The translations under genes were made by a program, and so were the position numbers. A stretch of DNA of 61,669 bases, counting the filler, from Choristocarpus tenellus KU-1152 (Eukaryota > Protista > Phaeophyceae): assembly GCA_964200185.2 (NCBI GenBank). It is 10 parts of 10 records of this genome, joined end to end, with 100 filler letters (N's around TTAATTAATTAA, not from the genome) between each part and the next. Parts side by side here need not be neighbours in the genome. Positions count along the whole stretch, not along the records: positions 58,063 to 61,669 come from CAXNAD020018990.1; 9 more parts are not named here. One strand, 5' to 3'. The notes under the pieces are model-generated. The model saw nothing but the letters and a program-made list of their open reading frames with translations, ran no database searches and was not told the DNA's origin. Below, piece by piece: positions 60,540 to 61,669 of this stretch. Each line of letters starts with the position of its first letter. Within the stretch, counting starts at the first letter, position 1.

Positions 60540-61669
60540 TTTGCTTTNNNNNNNNNNTGTTGTCACCCCTTTCTTCTGTGAGAAAGTTTAAAAAATATCC
60601 CCCCCCCCCCCCCCCCCTCTCCTCATTGTAGGGATTTTTATTTCATTTTTCTGATCATCATTGTGCTACAACAGATTTTCCCCTCGCTCATGAAATTGGA
60701 GGTCAGTGGAGTGGTACGATGTTACGCAGTTTACCTCCAATGGTATAATCAGTAAGACATCTACCGCCATCGATATAATCAGTAAGACATCTACCGCCAA
60801 CAGTGATGTGCATAGAGTCATACGGCACTGCCAAGTAAACCTAGACTCTAAAGATCAAAGGACAATAACAATAATAATAATTTTTAATATTTGTTATTAT
60901 TTATTATTTTGGTTGGCGTTTGATCTATCGCCTGTTTGTTTTATTTTTTTGAGATTTGTGTCTTTGATTGAGGGGGTGGATTACAGGGGTACTAGCACCA
61001 TACCTAGGAGAGAGCTGCTGAGTTTGCTGGTGCTTTTATGTGAGGATTCGGGTGTGTGGGGGGTGGGCTCTGTGAGGTCAGAACATCGGGGACTCTTTGA
61101 TAAAGCGGTGGTGTGAATATTACTGGTCTGTAGTAAGACAGAAGTAGTTAATAAATCTTAGAGAAAAGTCCTGAAATTTGTTTGAAAACTTTATTCTTTA
61201 TTTTGAGGATTGTTGTGCGATGTTTCTTGTCCTTTTGAAAATCATGTCCTCAAAAGGACGGCCTGGATAGATGCCATATAATAGATGCCCTTGTAAGATA
61301 GGATGGCTATGTGAAGCAAGCCAGGAACAGATGCAGTGCAATTATTTTTATTTTAGTGTAACAGTTAGTTGAAGTATTACTTGCAATTGATATTCAAAGT
61401 ACTGCTGTGTCTGTTGTGCCTTTGGACATGGGTCAGGACAATCCCTGACTCTAATTGGTGTGAAGAAAAAAAGAATAATAATAATAATAATAATAATTCC
61501 CAGGACCAAGGACCCAGCACCTAGTCAGGGTCATTCATATGATGACAATGTGTTCCAATTAGTGGATTTGAAGTTGGGAGAGTCACGGGTATACTCTCTC
61601 TCCAACCTGGCCGCCCCCCCCCCCCCCCCCCCCCCAACCCATGGCGGCACTTGCATGCCCGCCCGTCCG

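Noticed and set aside
58063-61669. Short ORFs in the last contig
   Set aside because: Low-complexity, intron-like sequence with no supported exon.

Overview
Eukaryotic, intron-rich genomic DNA, inferred to be a photosynthetic stramenopile, probably a brown alga or close relative (GC-rich exons, GT/GC-AG introns, interstitial TTAGGG tracts, bipartite-like presequence). The window is about 10 short contigs joined by N-runs carrying an artificial TTAATTAATTAA linker, so adjacency across gaps is unproven. Spliced genes I could reconstruct by hand: tubulin-folding cofactor B (-); an RRM + hnRNP-Q/R acidic (NURR)-like protein with KERR repeats (+); a tandem CW zinc-finger protein (+); a mitochondrial FadE-type acyl-CoA dehydrogenase (-); a RanBP2-type zinc-finger protein (-); a stand-alone lipoyl/biotinyl-like domain protein lacking the acceptor Lys (+); 5-hydroxyisourate hydrolase (-); a nocturnin-like EEP phosphatase (+); a WW-domain last exon (-); a large protein with an apparently split bromodomain (-); a TMEM164-family membrane protein (+); and an orphan coiled-coil exon. 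Mobile DNA: a decayed CRE/R2-type (RT + restriction-like endonuclease) non-LTR retrotransposon surrounded by many short copies of its own stem-loop 3' end; a decayed Ty3/Gypsy-like gag-protease; a decayed putative DNA transposase; and at least 11 copies of a two-subfamily MITE with CAAAGTATCT terminal repeats and mostly 4-bp target duplications. All calls come from manual reading, with no database searches.
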